The notes below the pieces were generated by a model that saw only the letters and a list, made by a program, of their open reading frames with translations, was not told the origin of the DNA and searched no databases. A program made the position numbers and the translations under genes. Below are positions 24,491 to 36,160 of a DNA stretch of 64,000 nucleotides, piece by piece (the first letter of the stretch is position 1; the number at the start of each line of letters is the position of its first letter). This stretch comes from Schizochytrium sp. TIO01 (Eukaryota; Protista; Bigyra: Labyrinthulomycetes). The stretch is from contig SMSO01000007.1 in assembly GCA_004764695.1 (NCBI GenBank), positions 310,001 to 374,000 on the forward strand. The letters are read 5' to 3'.

Positions 24491-25744
24491 ATGGCAACGC
24501 GAGAGATGACATCCTGGGAAGAGCATACCACACGTGCGCATGAAGCTCGCGAACTGTTCTTCTTTGATGAAGATGACAAAGATGTTGTGTATCTGAATGG
24601 CGCCTTCCTTGGCCCTACTCTTCGAGCTAGCGCAGAAGCTGCGATGAAGGGTATGCTGACACAGAGTAAACCTTGGAATGTAAGCTTTCCCAAAGACTTC
24701 AACGAGCCCGTGGAAAATCTCCGCGAGGTCTTTGGCGAGATCATCAATGCGCCTGCACGCAATATTGCCATTTTGCCCTCCGTGGCATATGCAGTGTCGA
24801 CTGTCGCAGTCCATGTGAGCAAGATTCTAGAACCTGGTGACAAAATCCTGGCGCTTGATGGCCAATACACCAGCAACATTTTGGGTTGGCAGCGCCTTTG
24901 TGAAGAGCGCGGGTCTGAAATGTTGATTGTCCCTGAGCCCGAGGATGGCGACTGGACCAGTGCTGTCATGAAGGCTCTTGAAGCGGACCAACCTCCCAAG
25001 CTAATTGTACTCCCGGCGGCTTGCCACTGGTGTGACGGATCTTTCATTGACACCGTTACTATCACCAATCGTGCGCGGGAGCTTCAAGCGCGCATCTTTC
25101 TTGATGGAACCCAATCTGTCGGTGTTGAGCCCGTTGATGTGGCTGCGCTCAAGCCTGATTATCTTGCTGTTGCAGCATACAAATGGCTCCTTTGTCCTTA
25201 CGGCACCGCCTTCATGTATGTTGCTGATGAACACTGTGATCAAGAGCCTCTCGAAATGCATGGATTCCAGCGTAAGCATGCTGGTATGCGCCCTGATGGT
25301 TCATATGACGTGCAATGGCTTTACAACGAGCGCGCTGGGGATTACAAGGATGGTGCAAGGCGCTACGATGCTGGCGAGCGCGCCAGCTGGGTGGTCATGG
25401 CCATGGCGCTTGAAGGTGCCAAGCAAGTGAGAGACTGGGTCAAGGAGGATGTTGTGGGTAACCACACTCGCCAGCTTCTCCAGTATCTGAGCGATGAAGC
25501 AACAAAACTTGGATTTATCTGCCCTTCTCCGAAGCTATGCAGCTCTCATATTATGGGTGTTCGTGTGCCTGATTCGACTCCAGAGGAGCTTTCCCGTCTT
25601 TTGGGACTCCTGAAAGAAGCGCGGGTGCTTGTGTCTCTCCGGGGTAACGCGATCCGCGTCTCGCCAAATTTGTGGTCCACTAAGGACGACATTGATGCTC
25701 TTCTCAAGGTTCTTGCCGTGTATATGGAGGAGAAAAAAGCATAA
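24491..25744 (+). CDS. Aminotransferase class V-fold PLP enzyme (kynureninase/cysteine desulfurase-like), paralog 1
   Basis: YLNGA, DGTQSVG, AAYKWLLCPYG (PLP lysine), RRYDAGE, IRVSP motifs; 417 aa, intronless. Confidence 0.93.
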   Translation: MATREMTSWEEHTTRAHEARELFFFDEDDKDVVYLNGAFLGPTLRASAEAAMKGMLTQSKPWNVSFPKDFNEPVENLREVFGEIINAPARNIAILPSVAYAVSTVAVHVSKILEPGDKILALDGQYTSNILGWQRLCEERGSEMLIVPEPEDGDWTSAVMKALEADQPPKLIVLPAACHWCDGSFIDTVTITNRARELQARIFLDGTQSVGVEPVDVAALKPDYLAVAAYKWLLCPYGTAFMYVADEHCDQEPLEMHGFQRKHAGMRPDGSYDVQWLYNERAGDYKDGARRYDAGERASWVVMAMALEGAKQVRDWVKEDVVGNHTRQLLQYLSDEATKLGFICPSPKLCSSHIMGVRVPDSTPEELSRLLGLLKEARVLVSLRGNAIRVSPNLWSTKDDIDALLKVLAVYMEEKKA

Positions 25745-27043
25745 TCATATCGTGTTCTTCATTATAAAGAAGCTTTGTTAAATGATCAACATATTTTCTA
25801 CTTGCACACCATCTTTAAAAACTTAATCCGATGAGCGGGCAAACTAACCTGCAACAATCTTAAAAAAACCTTGTTCTTAGCTCTAAGCAAATTGCGTGCA
25901 TCATAAAATAGTTAACAAATTACCCTAATGAATATTTAAAGCTTCTTGGATTGTGTTCCACACATTCTTTCTTGTTTAGAGTCTCCAACGAGTCTCCGAC
26001 ATCTTTCAACTTTTAAAATTTCATTTTCTAATTCCACTCTTCATAAAGTCTTGCCAGCACAGGGAAACGAGGTCCTCTCGCCTTCTTCCCGTGTAGCATT
26101 TATTTGAAGCCCTAAGTCATGATATTTTGAAGTATTAGGTTGAGGCATTTCACACCATCTCAGCGAAGCGAATTAGTACCCAGGTAGATAGCACCGATTG
26201 ATTTCTTTTTTCAAGCGAATCTCCCCCCGCAAAAAGGACAAGTTATTTTTATTTCTTTTAAATTATAAATTAAAAATTAGTAACAATAAAAGTAGACAAA
26301 ATTATCTTTCAACGTTTGTTTTATAAAGAGCTTTAGGGTATCTCTAGAGGCAGAGGTGCGTACCCACACCGGCAAGGAATGCCTTGTTCGCAGAACTAGC
26401 AAATCTAGAACTTTCGGGTAGACTTGGAAAGCGCATGCTGCTGGAGTGTTGCGCGCTCTGAGATCGACGAGATCGTGCTTCAACTGTTATTTAAGTAGAG
26501 GAACGTGCCATCCGAAGATATTGAATGGGTGCGAACGATACTGTTTCGGGAAGGCTCTCGAACTACCGATTGCTGGGATCACAAATATCCTTTGGTGAAC
26601 CCCTCCTGCAGACAAGCAAAAACAGCCTGGAAAAGAGACGCGCGGGAATGCAGGCTGGGTCGTGACTTTTTATAAGGCTGGTGATAAATAGTTCGTTCTG
26701 CACAGCACAAGAGTGAGTTGAGCGCTCATTGCGCTCGAACGAAAATCGCTTTCATGCCTCAGAGTGCACAGGAAGCTAGCTAGCTACCTGTCTTTGCAAT
26801 AAACAAGCTACACTTTTCGTGGCTTTCTTGCATGCAAAATCTTGTTACCAAGTGCAGCAAATACCAAACTTGAAAACCTAAATTCCTCCATCAAAAACTC
26901 AAGCGCTTTGCTTTCATTGCCTACTGAGTAGGGGCGAGCAAATTTGAACAATTCGGGAGCTAGTCACTTGGCTTCAGTACTTGACCTGCTCGTAGTACCT
27001 GTACCTTACTCTGAAAACATCTCGACATTGACAAGCCTTGAAA

Positions 27044-28291
27044 ATGATATCTTGGGACAAGCATACGGCAGACGCACAAAAGGCGCGTGAGCTATTCTTC
27101 TTCGACGAGGAAGGTGACGAAAATGTTGTCTATCTCAATGGCGCTTTCCTTGGACCAACGCTTCGAGCTAGCGCTAAGGCGGCACAAGATGGCATTTTAT
27201 CACAAGGGAAGCCATGGAAGACTTTGTCCCCTACGCATTTTGAAAAGCCTCTGGAGGATCTGCGTGAGGTGTTCGGAGACATTATTAATGCACCAGCGCA
27301 AAATATTACCATCGTCCTCTCAGTAGCCTATGCAGTCGCAACTGCAGCTCGGCACATTGGCCCGCGCCTTGAACCCGGGGACAAGGTTCTTGTCCTTGAC
27401 AGTCAATTCAAAAGCAATATTCTGGGCTGGCAGCGCCTCTGTGACGAACGCAACGCTGAGATAGAAATTATCCCTCAACCTGAAGATGGTGACTGGACCA
27501 ACGCAGTCATGAAGGCACTTGAAGCGGACCAGCCTCCTAAACTTCTTGCTCTTCCCGCGGCTTGTCACTGGTGCGATGGATCTTTCATAGACACTGTGCG
27601 TATCACTCAGCGTGCACATGAACTGCAATCGTTGATTTTTCTTGACGGTACCCAATCCGTCGGCGTCGAGCCCATTGACGTGGCAGTGCTCAAACCAGAC
27701 TACCTCGCAGTTGCAGCATACAAATGGCTCCTTTGTCCCTATGGCACTGCTTTCATGTATATCTCTGATGAGCATTGCAAGCACGAGCCTCTCGAAATGC
27801 ACGGGGGTCAACGCAAAAGTGGTGGCATGCGTCCTGATGGCTCATATGACGTGCAGTGGCTTTACAAGGAGCGTGCCGAGGACTACAAGGATGGTGCAAG
27901 GCGCTATGATGCTGGTGAGCGCTCCAACTGGGTATTGATGGCTATGGCACTTGAAGGTGCTAAACATGCTCGTGCTTGGGCAAAAGGAGATATTGTAGGC
28001 AGTCATACCCGCCAACTTCTCCGCTACCTGAGTGATGAAGCAACGAAATTGGGGTACGTCTGTCCTTCTCCTGAGCTGTGTAGCTCTCACATTATGGGCG
28101 TTCGTGTGCCTGGCTCGACACCAGAGGAACTTTCTAGTCTCGTAAGTCTCTTGAAAGAGGCAAATGTACTCGTATCTCTCCGCGGCGATGCTGTGCGTGT
28201 GTCACCAGGTGTATGGTCCACCAAGGCCGATATCGATGCTCTTCTCAATGTCCTCTCCAAATACTTGGAGGGAAAATCGCGTAAATGCTAG
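27044..28291 (+). CDS. Aminotransferase class V-fold PLP enzyme, paralog 2
   Basis: Same motifs and collinear with paralog 1; first ATG at 27044. Confidence 0.93.
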   Translation: MISWDKHTADAQKARELFFFDEEGDENVVYLNGAFLGPTLRASAKAAQDGILSQGKPWKTLSPTHFEKPLEDLREVFGDIINAPAQNITIVLSVAYAVATAARHIGPRLEPGDKVLVLDSQFKSNILGWQRLCDERNAEIEIIPQPEDGDWTNAVMKALEADQPPKLLALPAACHWCDGSFIDTVRITQRAHELQSLIFLDGTQSVGVEPIDVAVLKPDYLAVAAYKWLLCPYGTAFMYISDEHCKHEPLEMHGGQRKSGGMRPDGSYDVQWLYKERAEDYKDGARRYDAGERSNWVLMAMALEGAKHARAWAKGDIVGSHTRQLLRYLSDEATKLGYVCPSPELCSSHIMGVRVPGSTPEELSSLVSLLKEANVLVSLRGDAVRVSPGVWSTKADIDALLNVLSKYLEGKSRKC

Positions 28292-28929
28292 ATTGTGATT
28301 TTCTGTTTCCTTCTTTGCAAAGCATCATGGCATCGTGCTACGTCAGTACAAAGAGAATCAGAAATTCTTAAAAGAATAAATGAAAATACTTGTTAATCTT
28401 ACATTTTTTTGAACTCGATATTTGGTAGGGAATTCAACAATCAAGAAGTTAACTGCCCTCATACGACGAGTTTCATTTTCGAGTGAACTGAATTCCTCCA
28501 AGGATTCACCACACTGTGCTATTCTTTTTGTATCTGATCTGATTCGATATAAACAATCACACAAATAAACCTGAGATGTCCCCTGTTTAATCAAGCAAAG
28601 GCAAAAGCAGCGGCCTCCTCATCATCATACTACTTACTACAACATGCTGCAGATGATGCAATAATCAGCAAGGCACCTGCTCAATGTAACGGAATATTAC
28701 CACAGCCTCAAAGCACACTTTATTTATGTATATTCTTATTATTTGCATTTACAAATTTACAAGATCCTTGATTGATGATTAAGCTCGAAAAGCAACTGCA
28801 ACTGCTTTGGAAAATTTGGAACTCAACCAATAAGGAAAAGGGAAAAGGAGTCTGTACATTTGGCATTGGGAGTTTTTATGTAAAGTTTGAGATATTGCTA
28901 AAGTGATTTAATTGTTTACGACAAGGTGC

Positions 28930-31488
28930 CTAGCGCAACATGCGAAACATCATTCTTGAAAAGGACATGAACTGACGACGGTGCAATGGCTGAATCCAGC
29001 CGTCGTACTTGGGGCTAAAGCTAGCGCGGAGCACCGTCTGCCTGTTCAGAGGCTCAACATTTTTATATGCGCCTTGGTAAGGAAATGCACTGTGTGCGGT
29101 CTCACGGTGCTTGTCTTGTTGCTGAAATGTTTCACCATTGATCTTTGTGAAGATATCAGAATCGTTGATAGTATCGCGCTTCCTTTCAAGATCGGTCCAT
29201 TCGCCGCGAGAAACCTTTACCACATCCTTGACCTTGTCAATATCCATGTGGGGCAGTTGAGCAACCCACTGGTAACGAAAGCGCCTTCCATTCGGGTCAA
29301 GTTCAATGGAGTCAGGATCAGGAAACATCTCGACAACAGGGGAGTCAGGCTCTGTCATGAAAGGGCGCAAATTAGACGGCAATGCCGAGTTTGATTTGTA
29401 CGGAAGGACAGCCATGAGCTGTTCAATCGGTGTTGCTGGAGAGGAGGGTTCCCAAGTATCAAACTTGTTCTTTTCAATCATTTTCGGAATCACTTCCAGC
29501 AAGTCGCGTGCAAACGGTGCATAGTGATTACTGTATTGGTATGTCCAGCTTGGGAGGCGATCAAAGTAGTAGCGTGTCACAAACTGCATACCACGGATAT
29601 AGTCCTCTGCAACCTTGCTAATTAGCTCCCTACCTTCCTCGGTTCTAGGGTCTAACTGGAATTTTTCAGAGTAGTACATGTCCATGTTGTCGGAAGGATC
29701 ATCCGAGCCAAAGATACGGCGATCATTCTCACTGAATTGAGAAATATAATAGCAGTCGCGCTCAGCAACGCAAGAATCAACATCATCCTGGTACGCCAGT
29801 GTCGCAACCTTGCGAACGTGCTCTGCCCAGGTTTTGTCCTTGGCAAGGAGCTGGGCAGGTCTCACTGAACTATTGTGCCTGAAACGGACTTCTACATTGT
29901 TACTGTTCGATTTGCTATAAGCGGACATTTTCAGTGTTCGCGCGAGCTCCTTTACATGACGAATCTGCATGTCATTGAGGCCCTTAAAGATGATTTGAGG
30001 AGCCAGGTTGAGTTTCTTGACATAAGCAATAGAAGCACTGGCTGCACTTGGAGCAGATTGCGCAACGAGCGGTTTGATATTCATGATATCAACCCAAGGC
30101 TTGTTTTTCTCAGCGAGATCAACTGCCTGGAGTGCAAACTCGATAACACCCCCACGGAGCTTCATCAAAGTATGGTTCAAAGGAACTTCCTTGTCATGCA
30201 AGTTCACGCACTGATCTCCGTTTTTGCAAGTGCCTTTCGCGGCAAACTCGATGCATTGTTTCATGTTGCGCATAGGCTTCCACTTCTTACGTTTCTGATC
30301 AATGTAGTTCGTGACTGTGTCACGGCTAGAATCTTCGGACTCCTCGATTCGAATGAATTTGTCCAGATAGAGTGAAAAGTTCTCCAAATCGAGATGATAA
30401 TCCTTATTCACAATAAATTTGGGCTCGTTTTGGTCCTTAATGTTGCTGTCGAGATAGAGAGAGATAATTCGAGTCAGGGCACCGTCGCGAACATCCAAAG
30501 TTGGGAGGTGCGGCAGGAAATCGTTACCGGCCATAAAAAAGAGGACCAATATATCATCAATAGCGCGTTCCTTTTGTTCTTCATTGAGATCAAACCGGTT
30601 CAAGAACTTCATGTTGAGCACGTGACGAAAAATGTCTACATCAATGGCGGAGTAGGAGTCGGATGTCTTCTGCATTGGCCTTCTGATGAAGGCCGGGGGT
30701 GTGTGACGAGAGCGAGAGAAGTTTTTCGCCATTAGGTCCTCCAGACGACTCGTGTTGCGTAGAACAACAGTACGAGGCAAGTGCAGGCCAAGACTGAGCA
30801 TAGCAAGGTCAGCATCATCACCTACAATGCAGTGTTCGTTGACAGCGCGCTGTGTCGGAGTTTCCGAGCCGTCTGCAGCCTTTGCACTTTGATCCTCGTC
30901 CTTCTTTTGTGAGCGAATGAACTCGAGAATCTTGTGCTCACCCTCACCGGGGACCTGGGCATCTGCAACCACCACGTTTAGGCCCTTCCACAACTCGTTC
31001 TCTGCCAAACGCTTAGTGACTGCAATCTTCAGGTAGTTGCTCAACTTCATCATAAAGTCTGTGCCTGGTGTGATTACATTGGAGTCCCACTTATCGGGGC
31101 GAAAGACCTTATGTTCAGGTACAAAGTAGCCCGAGACCTTCTTCGCAGCACGCACTTCGTCCTCAATCTCCATGCGCTCTTCATACTCACGGACAGAACG
31201 GAGACGGCGCTCACGCTGCTGGGACATCTTGGCAGCCGGTGCAACGCCATCAATGCCAAGGTAGAGAAGCTTGCGGGGCTTGGTGAGCTCCACAAGGGCA
31301 TCAATCTCTTCAATAACGGCCGCAAACATCTCCTCCTCAGTGCGCTGCATATTGCCCGAATCAGAGTGGCAGCACGGGTGGATAATGCTATTCATGTCGA
31401 GGTAAACATTCTCACAATCACCGATCTGCTTTCGGAGCACATTTTCATCCAGTTTAAGCAGCCATCCGTAAAATGCGGGCACGCCCAT
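28930..31488 (-). CDS. XRN-family 5'-3' exoribonuclease with CCCH zinc finger
   Basis: MGVPAFYGWL, YLDMN, DGVAPAAKMSQQRERR, DSNVITPGT, PGEGEHKI, DADL, GNDFLPH, SW.Y..HYAPFA, EQLMAVLP. Confidence 0.95.
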   Translation of the reverse strand: MGVPAFYGWLLKLDENVLRKQIGDCENVYLDMNSIIHPCCHSDSGNMQRTEEEMFAAVIEEIDALVELTKPRKLLYLGIDGVAPAAKMSQQRERRLRSVREYEERMEIEDEVRAAKKVSGYFVPEHKVFRPDKWDSNVITPGTDFMMKLSNYLKIAVTKRLAENELWKGLNVVVADAQVPGEGEHKILEFIRSQKKDEDQSAKAADGSETPTQRAVNEHCIVGDDADLAMLSLGLHLPRTVVLRNTSRLEDLMAKNFSRSRHTPPAFIRRPMQKTSDSYSAIDVDIFRHVLNMKFLNRFDLNEEQKERAIDDILVLFFMAGNDFLPHLPTLDVRDGALTRIISLYLDSNIKDQNEPKFIVNKDYHLDLENFSLYLDKFIRIEESEDSSRDTVTNYIDQKRKKWKPMRNMKQCIEFAAKGTCKNGDQCVNLHDKEVPLNHTLMKLRGGVIEFALQAVDLAEKNKPWVDIMNIKPLVAQSAPSAASASIAYVKKLNLAPQIIFKGLNDMQIRHVKELARTLKMSAYSKSNSNNVEVRFRHNSSVRPAQLLAKDKTWAEHVRKVATLAYQDDVDSCVAERDCYYISQFSENDRRIFGSDDPSDNMDMYYSEKFQLDPRTEEGRELISKVAEDYIRGMQFVTRYYFDRLPSWTYQYSNHYAPFARDLLEVIPKMIEKNKFDTWEPSSPATPIEQLMAVLPYKSNSALPSNLRPFMTEPDSPVVEMFPDPDSIELDPNGRRFRYQWVAQLPHMDIDKVKDVVKVSRGEWTDLERKRDTINDSDIFTKINGETFQQQDKHRETAHSAFPYQGAYKNVEPLNRQTVLRASFSPKYDGWIQPLHRRQFMSFSRMMFRMLR

Positions 31489-32734
31489 CCTGATATATGC
31501 CTAATTCCCCTGCTTTTCAGAAAACTGAGGTTTCGCCTTTTCTGTATAGATATTCGAACACTTGAATGTCGATCGATAGTTAGTTGATTAATCCGAAGCC
31601 CCAGCCTCAAACAGAACTCTCCCGCAACAAACGCAGCAAACAATTGCCACGTTCGTACGAGAGCACCGAGACTTTGCGACGTTCCGGGTCGATCCACCTG
31701 AAGCAGAGTCCAACTTCACGCTGATTCGCTCGCTTCACCTTCAGAGATCCTGGTGGGTACTCAGCACACAGCTCAAACACCACCGAGTCGAAGCCCTCTT
31801 GCTGGCACCAGCAAGCTCTGATCTCTCGCCTCGAGCCACTCAAACGAACTCCACGCTGAGTTCGTTCTCGCATTGCTCGCACAAGGCAGGCAGGCACTCA
31901 CTCATTCGCCCATTTTCATTCATTCGCTTATTCTCATTCAGTCATTTCTTCATAATTAACCCAATTAATTTCTTCAGTCCCAATTAAAAAATACAGCAGT
32001 CTCGCCAGTCTCAGCCAGCCATTCTGTGCGCGCACCCCTCCATTCGCACACCCATATCCCCGCAAGGCGCACACCCATGTCCACACGCCCCCCCCTCAGT
32101 TCCTGGACCGTTCCGCACACACCTCACTGAGCCGGAAATTTCTTTTCTTTCACCTCTACTTTTCCCCAGCCTGCCTGCTGCCTCTACTATTAGGCAAAAG
32201 GTTAAGAGGGCTTAGCACCCGCGGGTGCCGTCATCTGATGATGATGGATTTCTTTGTTTTACAAACTAATAATCGTTTTAATTTTAGTATAAAATTAGAA
32301 AAATTAATCATAGTTTTCAGAATACATGATAAAATACAGAGTGATTGCCCTTCAAGTTGTTATAAATCTGTCGAGCAGCGCGAGCGAATGAGTGAACGGC
32401 CCTCAGCTCTGGGGATAGATCCTCTGTACGCGATAATGGAGACAGCTGGAGCTGGCCACCTAGTTATTTTGAAGCGATCAGTGATCGTGGTGACTTGAGG
32501 AGCGAATTAATTACACATAGGCACATGAACATTCATGATGACCTATAACTAAAAACAGGGCCTTCTACTGCTACTACTACTGCTACCTATTTCACTAATT
32601 GGTTAGCTAGTCTACTGAGGTGGTTACGAGCGCGTAACAGGCGGTCTAGGGGCCATATAGCGTTTACATTAGCTCTGTCGCATTCCATTCTGTTTAATTA
32701 AAAAAAGAAAAGAAGAGGAATCAAATATCATAAG

Positions 32735-32789
32735 TTTCGATTGATTTCGATTGATTTCGATTGATTTCGATTGATTTCGATTGATTTCG
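32735..32789. repeat. (TTTCGATTGA)5.5 decamer minisatellite
   Basis: Direct reading. Confidence 0.95.
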
Positions 32790-33008
32790 GTCGTTGATCA
32801 ATCTATACGAAGGAAACAGCGTCGATGAAGGTGAAATTGGACGCTGAAGGTGAGGAAAAGCTCGTGTAAATAGGCAGTGCTGAGATGTGAGGCAGGTATT
32901 GAGAGAAAGGTAGACGAGGGCCTCGCTCAACGAAGGGCTCGAGGAACTCCAAGATTGTCGGAAAAGAAAAGCTGAGAATCTCGCTATTGCGCTTAGTTAA
33001 CTTTGGGG

Positions 33009-33117
33009 TCTTTTTCTTTTTCTTTTTCTTTTTCTTTTTCTTTTCCTTTTCTTTCTTTCTTTCTTTCTTTCATTCGAGTTTTTTCTTCTTTTGGTCACTA
33101 TAATGGATATATATATG

Positions 33118-33150
<33 letters not shown>

Positions 33151-33157
33151 GTATATA
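33009..33157. repeat. (CTTTTT)n and (TA)n simple repeats
   Basis: Direct reading. Confidence 0.9.
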
Positions 33158-34122
33158 ATGAGATGAGGAAAAAGAAGCAGAGAAAGGGATGAAATGAGGA
33201 GTGAAATCGCGCAAGCATATGCAGAACTGGGGTGCAGCTGGCCTGCCTCCGCCACGATTGTGGACGGACTCAACGACGCGGTGGTAACCGAAGGCTCGAA
33301 GGTCCTCCCCCCCCCTGGAGACCGCCAAGGTCTGATCCCTGCAGCGAGCTGGAGAGAGAAAGTCAGTCTCGGGTTGCTGCGGTGGTTTACTGACGCATTC
33401 AGGTTCTTCGTTTTCTCATCTATATATATAAATATATATATATTTATATATACGTGTAGGTACTTAGGTATACCTGCTTATTGTAGAGAGCTGTTGTTGC
33501 TCTGTATTGAGGTTTAGAGGTTTGCGTCACTCGAGGTTGATTGGGCTGGGTGCATGCGCTGCATCGAGCACGCTCGCCGTCGTTGACGAGCTGCGGGTGC
33601 CTAGGGCTTACTGGAGTCTGGCAATTCAGGTCGCACAGAAGTTTTCATCGTCCCGTCGAATTCTTTCGAGGTAGGGCTCGATCTTTTGTGAAATTGTAAC
33701 CATTCTCGGTTCTTGGACTTCTTCGTATCACGGTCGCTCTTCGCTTTGCTTGATTTGAAGGACAACAGCATTGTAAGAAAAGGTCTCTGTACGTTCCGAA
33801 AAAGTGTGACTGAGTAGGCAGTATTGAGCTAAGTCATACAACAGTAGTTCGTGGGTATTGACGCACGATACGGCAAAGTTTACAAGATCTGACCCAGTCT
33901 TATAGCTCTAGCACTGTCAAAAGATACGCCACGACTCTAACGACCGCTCTGAACTCAGATCGAACAAGCTGATCAGGTTCCAGGCTCGATCTTTCCCTGG
34001 CACGTCAAAGTGAATCTGTGGATCCTGCTCGGAACGTGCTTATCACACTTAGGAAAGCATCGGTCTAACGCAGCAAAACTTATACTTGTAGACGATTCGC
34101 ACATCAAGCGACACGTCTGCAA

Positions 34123-34980
34123 ATGGTCCTAAAGGCAGGTCGTGGACGTCTAAGCCGCAACGGCGGCAAGGCCGACAGGTTCATGAAGTTCCACCTTGAC
34201 ACGGACTTCCACGGACCAAGCGATACCTGGATTGCTCGCCAGGGTGCTGTGTTTGCCCATGCGGGTGGAGCTGGGACAGGCGCCTCCAGACAAGCTGGAC
34301 CATCTGGTCAGGAGCCGCGCCTGCAGAAATCTGATAAGGCTAATTCTTCTGCAATGGTGTGGGCCTCGCTGGTCCGCGAGGCACAGGCAGCATCGGAAAA
34401 TGCAAAGCAAGGTATGATGGACTTGTCCAGGGTTTCTTTGGATGATCCGTGCCACTGGCCTGCTCTCAGTAGCAGTGCTCATTCTGTACTTAGCAGTGAT
34501 GACGACGAACCTAGCTTAGGTACTTCAACTTCTTCCATGGTCTTCGAGACCCAAATGGAAGGAGATCTTAAGGATAAGCACGAATGGATCTGCTTATCCA
34601 ACAAGCGCTATGTAGAGGCTCTTCAGGACGAGGATGAGCCTAATACGCTTGCAGCAGCTTGTCGCCATGTCTTGCACAGGTCGTCCGCGTCGATTTCTTC
34701 TGCAGCTTCGGTTGGTACCGCTAGCATTTGCAGCACTAATCTGACCTTTGATACGGCCTTTTACGAGGACGATGGCGCTATATTCTCTAGCAAGTCGTCT
34801 TCTTCAGCTGCCGCTGACCCCTACGCTGAAGGAAACGAATGGCTCGTTGTGGATCTTTGCACCGAATCTGGGGTTGAGACCTTCAGCAGTTCTTCCGAGG
34901 CTTCGCTTCTTGTTGAGGAAGAGGAAGTAGCTGAGGATGACATGCTTTCGGAGCCCAGTGAGCACATGCTTGCCTTGTAA
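34123..34980 (+). CDS. Hypothetical Ser/acidic-rich, probably disordered protein
   Basis: 285-aa ATG-initiated ORF with coding-like composition; no domain recognised. Confidence 0.7.
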   Translation: MVLKAGRGRLSRNGGKADRFMKFHLDTDFHGPSDTWIARQGAVFAHAGGAGTGASRQAGPSGQEPRLQKSDKANSSAMVWASLVREAQAASENAKQGMMDLSRVSLDDPCHWPALSSSAHSVLSSDDDEPSLGTSTSSMVFETQMEGDLKDKHEWICLSNKRYVEALQDEDEPNTLAAACRHVLHRSSASISSAASVGTASICSTNLTFDTAFYEDDGAIFSSKSSSSAAADPYAEGNEWLVVDLCTESGVETFSSSSEASLLVEEEEVAEDDMLSEPSEHMLAL

Positions 34981-36160
34981 AAAAAGAAAAGAAAAAGAAG
35001 AAAATGAAGAAGGGATCTCTGAGCTCTTCGTAGCTGTAGCTCTCCCTTTCGCTTGTATAGCACGGGTAATGGAAAATCAGGATGAAATGATTCTTCTTGA
35101 ACTTGCCGATATCTTATGCTTCAATGAACAAACTGATTAAAGAAAACAAAAAACAAGAGAAGGAGCAATCAGTCGCGTCGACCCTACATGGCGACGCCAT
35201 AAGAATTTGCAATTTCGCCCCACAAAAAACAAAAACATTTTTCTTGCTTCCACTTCCATACTTTCCAAAGGAAGCATTTTCCGTGAACAGTGTAAAAATC
35301 CTTCTGTCACGTTTTACTTATACATAATTCAAGTTTTATCGTCTCCAAAGCAGCATATAGCCTCTTGCGTTGCACATGTAAGTTTTGCGCGCGCCACTAG
35401 GCAATACAGCTGTCTGTTTTCGCATTTGTGACTTACTAATCGAGGTCATTGGTCTCCAACCTACACTGGTGACACTGTTCTACGTTTTGGTCACACGTAG
35501 CGCCAGTGTTACGCAAATCCTTTCAAGTCAAATTTGCCACTTTTCCCCTATATTTGTGCCTGCTACTATTTCCTTAAATGCTTGTAGCAACGCCCCTTTG
35601 AGCGTTTTTACGAATCTTGTTCTTTCTGAGTACCCTGCCTGGCGTATTACATTTGATATGTTTTGCAATTCCATATTGAATGCCGTTGTTAGATTTAATT
35701 AGATTTGCTGAGGTGCGCTGCCTCCAACTGCATATTACATGAGATCCACTTCCCTTCTTTCCTTAAAGGTTAACTTTGAAACTGGATAGTAACTCTAGGC
35801 ATGTATATATGTACTTTCTTTTGTTATTTTGCTACGCGTTTGTTTTATGATTTTCAGGAGCTAGAGAACCATTAGCACATCAATTGCATTCTATGTCCTA
35901 GTGATAAGTTGGATAAAATCAAGAGAATTGTGAATATGAAAAATTGCAAGCATTCCAGCAAGCTACAGCGGTGATTCAAGTTGCATAAATTTTCAAAGAA
36001 ATCTAGACAGTTTTTTTGGGGTTTTTAAACGTATCAAATGCAGTAGATTCTCATTCATTATTAGATAAAACAAAGGGTATTGTGAAAAGTCAGAAATCAG
36101 CGTTCATAAATCGCTGTAATTAAGTATGTACTTGGAAGTAGGAGTTCAAACTGGCCAGAA

